Both the position numbers and the translations under genes were made by a program. Below the pieces are notes generated by a model that was not told the origin of the DNA, searched no databases, and saw only the letters and a program-made list of their open reading frames with translations. From NCBI GenBank assembly GCA_963745245.1, contig CAVUWU010000004.1, positions 25,363 through 89,362 on the forward strand: DNA of 64,000 nucleotides, given 5' to 3'. How positions within the stretch are numbered: position 1 is the first letter of the stretch; every line of letters starts with the position of its first letter. This document shows, one piece after another, positions 46,171 through 55,324 of the stretch. The stretch is from an uncultured Actinomycetota bacterium (GTDB taxonomy: Bacteria; Actinomycetota; Actinomycetes; Propionibacteriales; Nocardioidaceae).

Positions 46171-46192
46171 CTGAATCCGAAGCCAGGTTCAA
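46171..46192. promoter_or_regulatory. candidate operator CTGAATCCGAAGCCAGGTTCAA (related to 32188 site) in the MaoC/ACAD divergent region
   Basis: 16/22 identical to the 32188 site. Arms TGAA.CC / GGTTCA. Lies 21 nt upstream of the ACAD GTG. Confidence 0.3.
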
Positions 46193-46212
46193 ATGTGTGC
46201 GAAGGAGAGAGC

Positions 46213-47427
46213 GTGGACGACACCGAGGACCTGCACCGCCCAGCCCCGCCCGAGGCCGACCCCGACCTGGTCCGGCGCGTGCGCGACCTCGTCTCCGGCG
46301 CCGACCCCGCCACCACGCCACTGGCGAACTTCCTGGGCGCGCGGTTCGACGCCGGACTCGCCTGGGTGCACTTCCCGGTCGGCATGGGCGGGCTGGGTCT
46401 GCCCCGAGAGGCTCAGGGGACCGTCGAGCGACTGCTGACCGAGCACGGCGCCCCACCTCCCGACTACGGCCGGAACGGCATCGGCCTGGGCATGGCAGCG
46501 CCGACCATCCTCGCTTTCGGTACGCCGGAGCAGCAGCGCCGCTATCTGCGGCCGCTGTTCACCGGGGAGGAGGTCTGGTGCCAGCTGTTCAGCGAGCCCG
46601 GGGCCGGCTCGGACCTGGCGGCGGTCGCCACCCGGGCCGTGCCCGACGGGGACGCGTGGGTGGTGACCGGGCAGAAGGTCTGGACCTCAGGCGCACACAA
46701 CGCCCAACGCGCCATCCTGCTCGCCCGCACCGACCCGGACCTGCCCAAGCACGCGGGGCTCACCTACTTCCTGCTGGACATGAGCGACCCGGGTGTCGAG
46801 GTCCGGCCGCTGCGCCAGATCACCGGCGAGGCGGAGTTCAACGAGGTCTTCCTCACCGACGCGCGCATCGATGACCGCGACCGGCTGGGGGCGGTCGGCG
46901 AGGGGTGGCGCGTCGCCACCGCGACGTTGAACAACGAGCGGGTGGCGATCGGCAGCGGCTCAGCGCGCGAAGCCGGTCAGATCGGCGTGCTCGCGCAGCG
47001 TTGGCGCCAGGAGCCTGCGATCCGCGATCCCCGCCTGCACGACCGGGTGCTGTCGTGGTGGGTGGAGGGCGAGGTGACCCGGCTCGCCGGGGAGCGCCTG
47101 CGGCAGTCCCTGGCCGTGGGCGAGCCCGGTCCGGAGAGCTCGGCGATGAAGCTGGCGTTCGCCCGGCAGGCACAGCAGGTCAGCGGCTTGGCGTTGGAGC
47201 TCGACCCGGACACAGGGCTGCTGTACGACGACTGGTCGATGGTCCGCTCCGAGTCGGCCTCGTTCCTCGGCCGCGGTCCGGGATTCCGCTACCTGCGCGC
47301 CAAAGGCAACTCCATCGAGGGCGGCACCTCGGAGGTCATGCGCAACATCGTCGCCGAGCGCGTCCTCGGCCTTCCCGCCGAGCCTCGATCGGACAAGAAC
47401 GTTCCCTTCAAGGATGTGCCCCGATGA
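46213..47427 (+). CDS. acyl-CoA dehydrogenase (catalytic-type subunit)
   Basis: Lies in ORF 45634..47427. GTG 46213 follows AAGGAGAG. CQLFSEPGAGSDLA, KVWTSGA. The C-terminal NSIEGGTSEVMRNIVAE retains the usual catalytic-Glu context. Confidence 0.85.
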   Translation: MDDTEDLHRPAPPEADPDLVRRVRDLVSGADPATTPLANFLGARFDAGLAWVHFPVGMGGLGLPREAQGTVERLLTEHGAPPPDYGRNGIGLGMAAPTILAFGTPEQQRRYLRPLFTGEEVWCQLFSEPGAGSDLAAVATRAVPDGDAWVVTGQKVWTSGAHNAQRAILLARTDPDLPKHAGLTYFLLDMSDPGVEVRPLRQITGEAEFNEVFLTDARIDDRDRLGAVGEGWRVATATLNNERVAIGSGSAREAGQIGVLAQRWRQEPAIRDPRLHDRVLSWWVEGEVTRLAGERLRQSLAVGEPGPESSAMKLAFARQAQQVSGLALELDPDTGLLYDDWSMVRSESASFLGRGPGFRYLRAKGNSIEGGTSEVMRNIVAERVLGLPAEPRSDKNVPFKDVPR

Positions 47428-48536
47428 CCAACCTGCTCTACACCGACATCGAGGACTCGCTGCGCGAGGCGGTGCGCGCCGTCCTGGACCGCCGGCTGTC
47501 TCCGCAGGCGGTGGCCGCCATCGCCGACGCCCCCGAGACCGACTTCTCCGTGCTGTGGGGCGAGCTGGCCCGTGACGTCGGCGTGGCCGCCCTGCTCGTG
47601 CCCGAGGAGCTGGGCGGCGCCGGAGCCGGTCCGCGCGAGGCGGCCGTGGTGCTCGAGGAACTCGCCCGCGCCGTCGCGCCGGTGCCCTTCCTCACCAGTG
47701 CGGTGGTCGCGACCGCGGCCCTGGTCGCGGTCCAGGACAGGTCGTGGCTGCCCAAGCTCGCCGCGGGGGAGCACACCGCCGCGCTGGTCGTGCCGTGGTC
47801 GGCTCGGGCGGGGGCATGGGGGCCGGCTCTCGATCGCCCTGAAGGGCTCGAGGCCCTCGACGGTCCGGGGGCGGGCGGATCCGCGGTCGCGCCCGTGGCC
47901 GGGGCCGTGGAGGCGGATGTGTTCCTCGTGCCGACGGTGGGGTCCGACGGCCAGCCACAGCTGCGGGCGCTGGGACGCGACCAGGTAGCCGTCAGCCCGC
48001 TCGCCACGTTGGACATGAGCCGACGCCTGGCCGAGGTGAGCTGGAGCGGGGACGGCGAGATCCTCGCCACCGGCCCGTTGGCCCGCGACGCCGTAGACGG
48101 CGCGCTCGGGCTCGGTGCCGCCCTGCTCGCCTCCGAGCAGTACGCCCTGGCCCGCCACTGCCTGGAGGCCACGGTGGCCTACGCACGGACCCGGATCCAG
48201 TTCGCCCGGCCGATCGGGTCATTCCAAGCGCTCAAGCACCGGCTGGCCGACGTCTACCTCGAGGTGGTCCAGGCCCAGGCGGCGGCCCGCTATGCCGCCG
48301 ACACGTGGGCGACCGGGGATCCCGACCGGCACGTCGCCGTGGCGGTCGCACAGTCCTTCTGCTCTGAGGCGGCGGTGCATGCCGCCGAGGAGGCGCTCCA
48401 ACTGCACGGCGGCATCGGGATGACCTGGGAGCACCCGGCCCATCTGTGGCTCAAGCGGGCCAAGAGCGACGCGATGGCGCTCGGCACGCCCACGCGCCAC
48501 CGTGCCGAGCTCGCTCGCCTGGTCGACCTCGCCTGA
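47424..48536 (+). CDS. acyl-CoA dehydrogenase-family protein (partner/beta-type subunit)
   Basis: Lies in ORF 46905..48536. ATG 47424 overlaps the preceding stop. ACAD fold (RTRIQFARPIGSFQALKHRLAD, LQLHGGIGMTWEH), but the YEGT-like catalytic-Glu segment is absent at the C-terminus. Confidence 0.8.
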   Translation: MTNLLYTDIEDSLREAVRAVLDRRLSPQAVAAIADAPETDFSVLWGELARDVGVAALLVPEELGGAGAGPREAAVVLEELARAVAPVPFLTSAVVATAALVAVQDRSWLPKLAAGEHTAALVVPWSARAGAWGPALDRPEGLEALDGPGAGGSAVAPVAGAVEADVFLVPTVGSDGQPQLRALGRDQVAVSPLATLDMSRRLAEVSWSGDGEILATGPLARDAVDGALGLGAALLASEQYALARHCLEATVAYARTRIQFARPIGSFQALKHRLADVYLEVVQAQAAARYAADTWATGDPDRHVAVAVAQSFCSEAAVHAAEEALQLHGGIGMTWEHPAHLWLKRAKSDAMALGTPTRHRAELARLVDLA

Positions 48537-48602
48537 CCTGTCCCGCACTCCGCTCCGTCTGGCTGTCTGCCGCCGACCCACACCCGCAGGAGGAACGCTG
48601 TC

Positions 48603-49376
48603 GTGGACACCTCGTCCCTGTTCTCGCTGAAAGGCCGCTCCGCGCTCGTCACCGGCGGGTCGCGAGGGATCGGTCTGATGATCGCCCAGGGGATGCTGTC
48701 CCACGGTGCCCGCGTCTTCATCACCGCCCGCAAGGCGGAGGCCTGCGACGCGGCCGCCGCCGAGCTCTCCGCGCTCGGCCCCTGTGTCTCCTTGCCCGCG
48801 GACGTCTCGACGACCGAGGGGATCGAGCGGCTCGTCGCGGCGTACGGCGAGCACGAGTCCTCCCTCGACATCCTGGTCAACAACGCCGGCGCCGCCTGGG
48901 GGGCGCCGTTCGAGGACTTCCCCGAGGACGGCTGGGACAAGGTCATGGACCTCAACCTCAAAGCGCCGTTCTTCCTGACCCAGGCGCTCAAGCCCGCCCT
49001 GGTGTCCGCCGCCTCCGAGGACCGGCCGGCCAAGGTGATCAACATCTCCTCGATCGACGGGCTCTCGCTGAACCCACAGGAGACCTACTCTTACCACGCG
49101 AGCAAGGCCGGGCTGGTCCACCTGACCCGCAAGATGGCGATCCGCCTCGTGCATGAGGGCATCGTGGTCAGCGGCATCGCGCCCGGGGCCTTCGCGTCCC
49201 GGATGAACAAGGACGCACGCGATCACGCCGACGAGGTGGCCCGGCACATCCCCGCGGGCCGGATCGGGACGCCGGAGGACATGGCCGGCGCGGCGATCTA
49301 CCTCGCCTCCCGGGCGGGTGACTACGTCGTCGGCTCGACCCTGGTCGTGGACGGCGGGGTGACCTACACCCGCTGA
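48603..49376 (+). CDS. SDR-family oxidoreductase
   Basis: ALVTGGSRGIG, NNAG, YHASKAG. Confidence 0.9.
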   Translation: MDTSSLFSLKGRSALVTGGSRGIGLMIAQGMLSHGARVFITARKAEACDAAAAELSALGPCVSLPADVSTTEGIERLVAAYGEHESSLDILVNNAGAAWGAPFEDFPEDGWDKVMDLNLKAPFFLTQALKPALVSAASEDRPAKVINISSIDGLSLNPQETYSYHASKAGLVHLTRKMAIRLVHEGIVVSGIAPGAFASRMNKDARDHADEVARHIPAGRIGTPEDMAGAAIYLASRAGDYVVGSTLVVDGGVTYTR

Positions 49377-49460
49377 TCGCCTGCGAGGGGCTCCTCGCCC
49401 GCGGCCACCCGATCACCCGCCGTCGGTGGAGGGTCGCGCCGCGATCGGTAGCCTTCGTCC

Positions 49461-50603
49461 ATGTCCGAGGTCAGCGTCCGGCGCGCCCGCGGCACCCGCT
49501 GGGAACCCCTCACCGTCGGCGTCGACGTCGGGGGCACCAAGGTGATGGCAGGGGTCGTCGACGGCACCGGACACGTGTTGGCCGTCACCCAGCGGCCCAC
49601 GGCAGGGCAGGACGTGCGCACGGTCGAGGACACCATCGTCGGGCTGGTGGAAGGCTTCGCGGACACTCACGACGTCGCCGCAGTCGGCATCGGGGCCGCC
49701 GGCTTCGTCGACGCGACCCGGTCGGTGGTGATGTTCTCCCCGCACCTGGACTGGCGCCGGGAGCCGGTGCGCGCACGGGTGGCCGAGCGGGTGCGGCTGC
49801 CGGTGGTGGTGGACAACGATGCCAATACTGCGGCGCTGGCCGAGTGCCGCTTCGGCGCCGGACGCGGGCACCGCTTCGTCCTCTGCGTGACGCTGGGCAC
49901 GGGCATCGGGGGCGCCCTGGTGCTCGACAACCGGGTCTACCGCGGCGCCAACGGCATGGCGGGGGAGTTCGGACACGTCCAGGTGGTCCCCAACGGACAT
50001 CGCTGCCAGTGCGGCAACCGCGGGTGCTGGGAGCAGTACGCCTCCGGCAACGCCCTGGTCCGCGACGCCCGGGAGCTGGTCCGCGCCAACTCGCCGATGG
50101 CCCATCACCTCCGCGACCTGGTGAACGGCGACGCCGAAGCCCTGCGCGGACCGCAGATCACGCAGGCGGCGATGGACGGCGATCCGCTGGCCGTCGAGCT
50201 GCTGGACGATCTCGCGGCGTGGCTCGGCACCGGGCTGGCCGGGATGGCGGCCGCCTTCGACCCGGGGTGCGTGATCATCGGGGGCGGCTTGTCGGCCGCG
50301 GGTGATCTGCTGCTCGCCCCGACCCGGCAGGCATTCTCCCGGTCGCTGACCGGGCGGGGGCACCGGAGCGAACCCGTGATCGCGATCGCGGAGCTCGGCC
50401 CGCGCGCGGGCTTCATCGGTGCCGCCGACATGGCCCGATCGGCGGCCCGTCGCTCTCGGCGCACGAGGCGGCGCCAGCGGCGCACGGCCGGCACCCGCCG
50501 GCGGCTGTTCGACCCCTCGGCGCGGGAGCCGCGGCGACCGGGGCTCCGACGAGGGGCCGGGCTTGGACCGGTCCACGATCACGATGGAGACTCGCATCCA
50601 TGA
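49461..50603 (+). CDS. ROK-family sugar kinase (glucokinase-like) with ~60-aa Arg-rich C-terminal tail
   Basis: VGVDVGGTKV, DNDANTAALAE, GTGIGGA, GEFGH. Zinc motif CQCGNRGCWEQY. No N-terminal HTH. Tail is RSAARRSRRTRRRQRRTAGTRRRLF.... Confidence 0.85.
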   Translation: MSEVSVRRARGTRWEPLTVGVDVGGTKVMAGVVDGTGHVLAVTQRPTAGQDVRTVEDTIVGLVEGFADTHDVAAVGIGAAGFVDATRSVVMFSPHLDWRREPVRARVAERVRLPVVVDNDANTAALAECRFGAGRGHRFVLCVTLGTGIGGALVLDNRVYRGANGMAGEFGHVQVVPNGHRCQCGNRGCWEQYASGNALVRDARELVRANSPMAHHLRDLVNGDAEALRGPQITQAAMDGDPLAVELLDDLAAWLGTGLAGMAAAFDPGCVIIGGGLSAAGDLLLAPTRQAFSRSLTGRGHRSEPVIAIAELGPRAGFIGAADMARSAARRSRRTRRRQRRTAGTRRRLFDPSAREPRRPGLRRGAGLGPVHDHDGDSHP

Positions 50604-51508
50604 GCGACCCCACGAATGACGCTCTGCCCCCTGCCGGACCCCGCGCGATGCGCGTCGCCGGGGCACCCATCTCGTGGGGCGTCAGCGAGGTGCCGGGGTG
50701 GGGGTTCCAGCTTGACGCCGGCACCGTCCTGAGCCAGATGCGCGCGCTGGGTCTGGAGGCCACCGAGTTCGGACCCGCGGGCTTCCTCCCCGACGACCCC
50801 GACGCGAAGGCCGCCGTGCTGGCCGGTCAGGGACTTCGCGCGGTGGGCGGCTTTCTGCCCGTGCTGCTCCACGACCCCGGCGCCGACCCGATGCCGGAGG
50901 TGGACCGGTTCCTCGACTCCTGCCTGGCGTCCGGGGCGGAGGTGGCGGTGCTCGCCGCCTTCACCGGCGTCGAGGGGTACGACGGCCGGCCGGTGCTGGA
51001 CGACCAGGGCTGGGAGACGCTGCTGGCCAACCTCGACCGGATCAGCGACCGCGCTGCCGCCCGTGGGGTCCTGGCCTGCCTGCACCCGCACGTGGGGACC
51101 ATGGTGGAGACCGGCGCAGAGACCGAGCGGGTGCTGGCCGGCTCCCGGGTGGGTCTGTGTGTGGACACCGGTCACCTCCTGGTGGGTGGGGCCGACCCCG
51201 TCGCGCTCACCGCCCAGCACACCGAGCGCGTGGTCCACGTCCACCTCAAGGACGTCGACGCGCGGCTGGCGGCGCAGGTGACCGACGGGACTCGCGCGTT
51301 CGGGGACGCCGTGCGAGCCGGCATGTTCCGTCCCCTCGGCGAGGGCGACGTCGATGTCGCGGCCCTGGTCAGCACCCTGCAGGGTGCCGGGTACGCCGGG
51401 TGGTACGTCCTGGAGCAGGACGTGATGCTGGACGGCCCGCCGAGCGGCGAGGGTCCCGCGGTGGAGGTCCGCGCCAGCCTGGAGTTCTTGAAGAGCGTGA
51501 CGGCGTGA
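50600..51508 (+). CDS. xylose-isomerase-like TIM-barrel protein, probable inosose dehydratase (IolE-like)
   Basis: AP_endonuc_2-type pattern (APISWGV..., HPHVGTMVE, DTGHL, HLKD, VLEQD). Sits at the head of the iol operon. ATG 50600 overlaps the ROK stop; ATG 50648 is the alternative. Confidence 0.6.
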   Translation: MSDPTNDALPPAGPRAMRVAGAPISWGVSEVPGWGFQLDAGTVLSQMRALGLEATEFGPAGFLPDDPDAKAAVLAGQGLRAVGGFLPVLLHDPGADPMPEVDRFLDSCLASGAEVAVLAAFTGVEGYDGRPVLDDQGWETLLANLDRISDRAAARGVLACLHPHVGTMVETGAETERVLAGSRVGLCVDTGHLLVGGADPVALTAQHTERVVHVHLKDVDARLAAQVTDGTRAFGDAVRAGMFRPLGEGDVDVAALVSTLQGAGYAGWYVLEQDVMLDGPPSGEGPAVEVRASLEFLKSVTA

Positions 51509-52494
51509 CCGCCTCCGGGGTGACCCCGCACTTCGAGGTCCTCACGATGGGACGCTGCGGCGTCGACGTCTACCCCGAGCAGGTCGGCGTGCCGCTCGAG
51601 GGCGTCACCAGCTTCGCCAAGTTCCTGGGGGGAAGCCCCACGAACGTCGCGGTCGCGGCCGCCCGGCACGGCAGGTCCGTGGCGGTCATCACGCGCACCG
51701 GGGACGACCCCTTCGGCCGGTTCGTGCACCAGGCCCTGCGTGGCTTCGGGGTCGACGACCGCTACGTCGGCGCGGTCGAGGGGCTGCCGACCCCGGTGAC
51801 GTTCTGCGAGATCTTCCCGCCCGACAATTTCCCCCTGTACTTCTACCGACTGCCCACCGCGCCGGACCTGCAGATCCACCGCGACGAGCTCGACCTCGAC
51901 GCGATCGCGTCGGCCGACGTCTTCTGGGTGACCGGGACGGGGCTGTGCGAGGAGCCGTCGCGAACGGCCACGATGACGGCCCTGCGAGCCCGCGGCGACC
52001 ATGGGACGACGGTGCTCGACCTGGACTACCGCCCGATGTTCTGGGACTCGCCCGCCGAGGCCCGCAGGCACCTCGGCGCCGCGGTGGGTCTCGTCGACGT
52101 CGCGGTCGGCAACCTCGAGGAGTGTGAGGTCGCCGTGGGCGAGCGGGACCCACACCGGGCGGCGGCGGCGCTGCTCGAGGCAGGCGTGGAGCTGGCAGTG
52201 GTCAAGCAGGGGCCGACCGGCGTCCTGGGGGCTCGGAAGGCCGCCCGCACGATGGTCCCACCGGTGCAGATCGAGGTGGTGAACGGCCTGGGCGCCGGGG
52301 ACGCCTTCGGCGGCGCCCTGTGCCACGGGTTGCTGGCCGGATGGGAGGTGGAGCCGATGCTGCGGTTCGCCAACGCCGCCGGCGCGGTGGTTGCGGGCCG
52401 GCTGGCGTGTGCCGACGCGATGCCGACGACCTCGGAGCTGGAGGAGATCCTGGGCGACGTCCACCAGCAGGTCCGCAAGGATGGTGTGAGATGA
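51505..52494 (+). CDS. iolC: 5-dehydro-2-deoxygluconokinase (PfkB family)
   Basis: Lies in ORF 51157..52494. GTG 51505 overlaps the preceding stop. FEVLTMGRCGVDVYP, FLGGSPTNVAV, GAGDAFGGAL. Confidence 0.85.
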   Translation: MTASGVTPHFEVLTMGRCGVDVYPEQVGVPLEGVTSFAKFLGGSPTNVAVAAARHGRSVAVITRTGDDPFGRFVHQALRGFGVDDRYVGAVEGLPTPVTFCEIFPPDNFPLYFYRLPTAPDLQIHRDELDLDAIASADVFWVTGTGLCEEPSRTATMTALRARGDHGTTVLDLDYRPMFWDSPAEARRHLGAAVGLVDVAVGNLEECEVAVGERDPHRAAAALLEAGVELAVVKQGPTGVLGARKAARTMVPPVQIEVVNGLGAGDAFGGALCHGLLAGWEVEPMLRFANAAGAVVAGRLACADAMPTTSELEEILGDVHQQVRKDGVR

Positions 52495-53384
52495 CGCCGT
52501 CGAACACCGACCTGCACGTCGCCGTTGGCACGGCCGCCCGCGACGGCTGCGAACTCGTGGTCACCCCGGCCTCGGCGGGCTGGGGCTTCAGCGGCCTGGC
52601 CGTGGCTCGGCTGGAGCCGGGCGGTGAGCTGTGCTGGCACACCGGGGAGGCCGAGACCCTGGTCCTCCCGCTGGCCGGCTCCTGCACGGTCACCTGCGAG
52701 GGCAGGACCCTCGAGGTGCGCGGGCGCCGTGACGTGTTCTCGGGTCCGAGCGACTTCGTCTACGCCCCCCGCGACTGCGTGATCCGGGTCGCCAGCCCCC
52801 GCGGCGGCAGGTTCGCCCTCCCCTCGGCCCGGTGCGGCCGACGGCTGCCGTTCCGCCACCAGCCCGCCGACGCCGTGCCGGTGGAGCTTCGCGGTGCGGG
52901 CTCCTCCAGTCGTCAGGTCAACAATTTCTGTACGCCGGAGGCGTTCGACGCCGACGCCCTCATCGCCTGCGAGGTGCTGACCCCCGGCGGCAACTGGTCG
53001 TCGTACCCACCCCACAAGCACGACCAGGGGACGGCGACCGAGAGCGCCCTGGAGGAGATCTACTACTTCGAGATCGCCGAGGGCCCGTCGGGCCCGGGGA
53101 TGGCCTACCAGCGGGTCTACGGCCACCCGGGGTTCGAGGTCGACGTGCTGGCCGAGGTGCGCAGCGGCGACGTGGTGCTCATCCCGCACGGCTGGCACGG
53201 ACCCTCGATGGCAGTGCCCGGCTACGACCTCTACTACCTCAACGTGATGGCCGGCCCGGGTGAGCGCGCCTGGCGGATCCGCGACGACCCCGCGCACGGG
53301 TGGGTGCGCGAGACCTGGTCCGACCAGGGGGTCGACCCACGGCTGCCGTTCGGCAGCCCTCAGCGGGACGGGGAGGACCGATGA
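52491..53384 (+). CDS. iolB: 5-deoxy-glucuronate isomerase
   Basis: Lies in ORF 52320..53384. ATG 52491 overlaps the iolC stop. Cupin-type NWSSYPPHKHD, EEIYYFE, YYLNVMAGP. Confidence 0.85.
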   Translation: MTPSNTDLHVAVGTAARDGCELVVTPASAGWGFSGLAVARLEPGGELCWHTGEAETLVLPLAGSCTVTCEGRTLEVRGRRDVFSGPSDFVYAPRDCVIRVASPRGGRFALPSARCGRRLPFRHQPADAVPVELRGAGSSSRQVNNFCTPEAFDADALIACEVLTPGGNWSSYPPHKHDQGTATESALEEIYYFEIAEGPSGPGMAYQRVYGHPGFEVDVLAEVRSGDVVLIPHGWHGPSMAVPGYDLYYLNVMAGPGERAWRIRDDPAHGWVRETWSDQGVDPRLPFGSPQRDGEDR

Positions 53385-55324
53385 CCATCCGACTGACCGT
53401 CGCCCAGGCGATCGTGCGCTTCCTCGAGACGCAGCACGTCGAGCGGGACGGGGAGGAGAACCCGTTCTTCGCCGGCTGCTGGGGGATCTTCGGTCACGGC
53501 AACGTCGCCGGCCTCGGGCAGGCCCTGCTCGAGCGGGAGATGCGGGTCGGTGCCAGCGGGGAGGGCGGGGCTGGGGAGGGGCCGCATGTGCTGCGCTATC
53601 ACCAGGCCCGCAACGAGCAGGCGATGGTGCACGCCTCGACGGCGTACGCCCGGCATCGCGATCGCCTGGCCACCTTCGCCTGCACGGCCTCGGTCGGCCC
53701 GGGGTCGACGAACATGGTGACCGGAGCGGCCCTGGCCACGGTCAACCGACTGCCTGTGCTGCTGCTGCCGGGGGACGTCTTCGCCACCCGCGTCGCCAAC
53801 CCCGTGCTGCAGGAGCTCGAGGACCCGCGATCGATGGACGTCAGCGTCAACGACTGCCTCAGGCCGGTCTCGCGCTACTGGGACCGGATCGACCGGCCCG
53901 AGCAGCTCCCCTCGGCGCTGCTGGCCGCCCTCCGCGTGCTCACCGACCCCGCCGAGACCGGTGCGGTGACGCTCAGCCTGCCCCAGGACGTGCAGGCGGA
54001 GGCATGGGACTGGGACCAGGACCTCTTCGCCCGTCGGGTCTGGCACGTGCCGAGGCAGCCCGTCGAGGAGGTCTCGCTGGCTCGGGCCGCCGCGATCGTG
54101 CGGCAGGCGAGGCGGCCGCTGCTCGTGGCGGGCGGGGGAGTGATCTACGCTCGCGCGAGCGAGGCGCTGCGCCGTCTCGTCGAGGCCAGCGGCATCCCGG
54201 TGGCCGAGACCCAGGCAGGCAAGGGATCGCTGCCCTACGACCACCCGCTGGCCCTCGGCGCCCTCGGTGCCACCGGGACCACCGCGGCGGACACGCTCGC
54301 GGAGGAGGCCGACGTCGTGATCGGCGTGGGCACCCGCTACAGCGACTTCACGACGGCGTCCCGGACCGTCTTCGCCTCCCCCGACGTCCGCTTCGTCAAC
54401 CTCAACGTGGCCGCCGTGGACGCGCACAAGCTCTCCGCGCTGCCGTTGCTCGGTGACGCGCGACGCGGGCTCGAGCAGCTGGCCGGTGCCTTGGCCGGCT
54501 GGCGAGCGCCCGCGGCGCACTCCGCGCGCGCGACGGCGCTGGCCGCAGAGTGGGACGAGACCGTGGAGCGCGCCTACGACGGCGCCCACGCGCCGCTGCC
54601 GGCCCAGTCGGAGGTGATCGGCGCGGTGAACCGGAGCGCCCGGGCGCAGGACGTCGTCGTCTGCGCGGCCGGCTCGATGCCCGGGGACCTGCACAAGCTC
54701 TGGCGAACCCGGGACCCCAAGGGCTACCACGTCGAATACGGCTACTCCTGCATGGGCTACGAGATCGCCGGCGGGCTGGGGGTCGCTCTCGCGGTCCGCG
54801 ACCTGGGTGAGGACCGTGAGGTCATGGTGATGGTCGGCGACGGGTCCTACCTGATGCTCGCCCAGGAGCTGGTCACCGCCGTCCAGGAGCGCGTGAAGCT
54901 CCTCGTCGTGCTCGTCCAGAACCACGGGTTCGCCTCCATCGGGGCGCTCTCGGAGTCCGTCGGGTCGCAGCGGTTCGGCACCCGCTACCGCTATCGGACC
55001 CACTCGGGGCTCGACGGCGATCTGCTGCCGGTGGACCTGGCCGCCAACGCGGCCAGCCTGGGGGCACGGGTGCTCCGCGTCACCGGTATCGGCGAGCTGG
55101 ACAAGGCCCTGCTCGAGGCACGTGCGGCCGCGACCACGACCGTCGTCCACGTGGAGACCGACCCGAGGGTGCCGGCTCCCGAGAGCCCCGCGTGGTGGGA
55201 CGTGCCCGTCGCGGCCACCGGCGCCCTGGAGAGCACCCGAGCCGCGCGAGCGACGTATGAGACCCACAAGCAGCGGCAGCGTGGCCACCTGCGCCCCACG
55301 ACCGGCCCCGAGGCTGGGACATGA
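53381..55324 (+). CDS. iolD: 3D-(3,5/4)-trihydroxycyclohexane-1,2-dione acylhydrolase (ThDP-dependent)
   Basis: Lies in ORF 53300..55324. ATG 53381 overlaps the iolB stop. MTIRLTVAQAIVRFL, ASVGPGSTNMVT, ThDP motif GDGSYLM...N. Confidence 0.9.
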   Translation: MTIRLTVAQAIVRFLETQHVERDGEENPFFAGCWGIFGHGNVAGLGQALLEREMRVGASGEGGAGEGPHVLRYHQARNEQAMVHASTAYARHRDRLATFACTASVGPGSTNMVTGAALATVNRLPVLLLPGDVFATRVANPVLQELEDPRSMDVSVNDCLRPVSRYWDRIDRPEQLPSALLAALRVLTDPAETGAVTLSLPQDVQAEAWDWDQDLFARRVWHVPRQPVEEVSLARAAAIVRQARRPLLVAGGGVIYARASEALRRLVEASGIPVAETQAGKGSLPYDHPLALGALGATGTTAADTLAEEADVVIGVGTRYSDFTTASRTVFASPDVRFVNLNVAAVDAHKLSALPLLGDARRGLEQLAGALAGWRAPAAHSARATALAAEWDETVERAYDGAHAPLPAQSEVIGAVNRSARAQDVVVCAAGSMPGDLHKLWRTRDPKGYHVEYGYSCMGYEIAGGLGVALAVRDLGEDREVMVMVGDGSYLMLAQELVTAVQERVKLLVVLVQNHGFASIGALSESVGSQRFGTRYRYRTHSGLDGDLLPVDLAANAASLGARVLRVTGIGELDKALLEARAAATTTVVHVETDPRVPAPESPAWWDVPVAATGALESTRAARATYETHKQRQRGHLRPTTGPEAGT

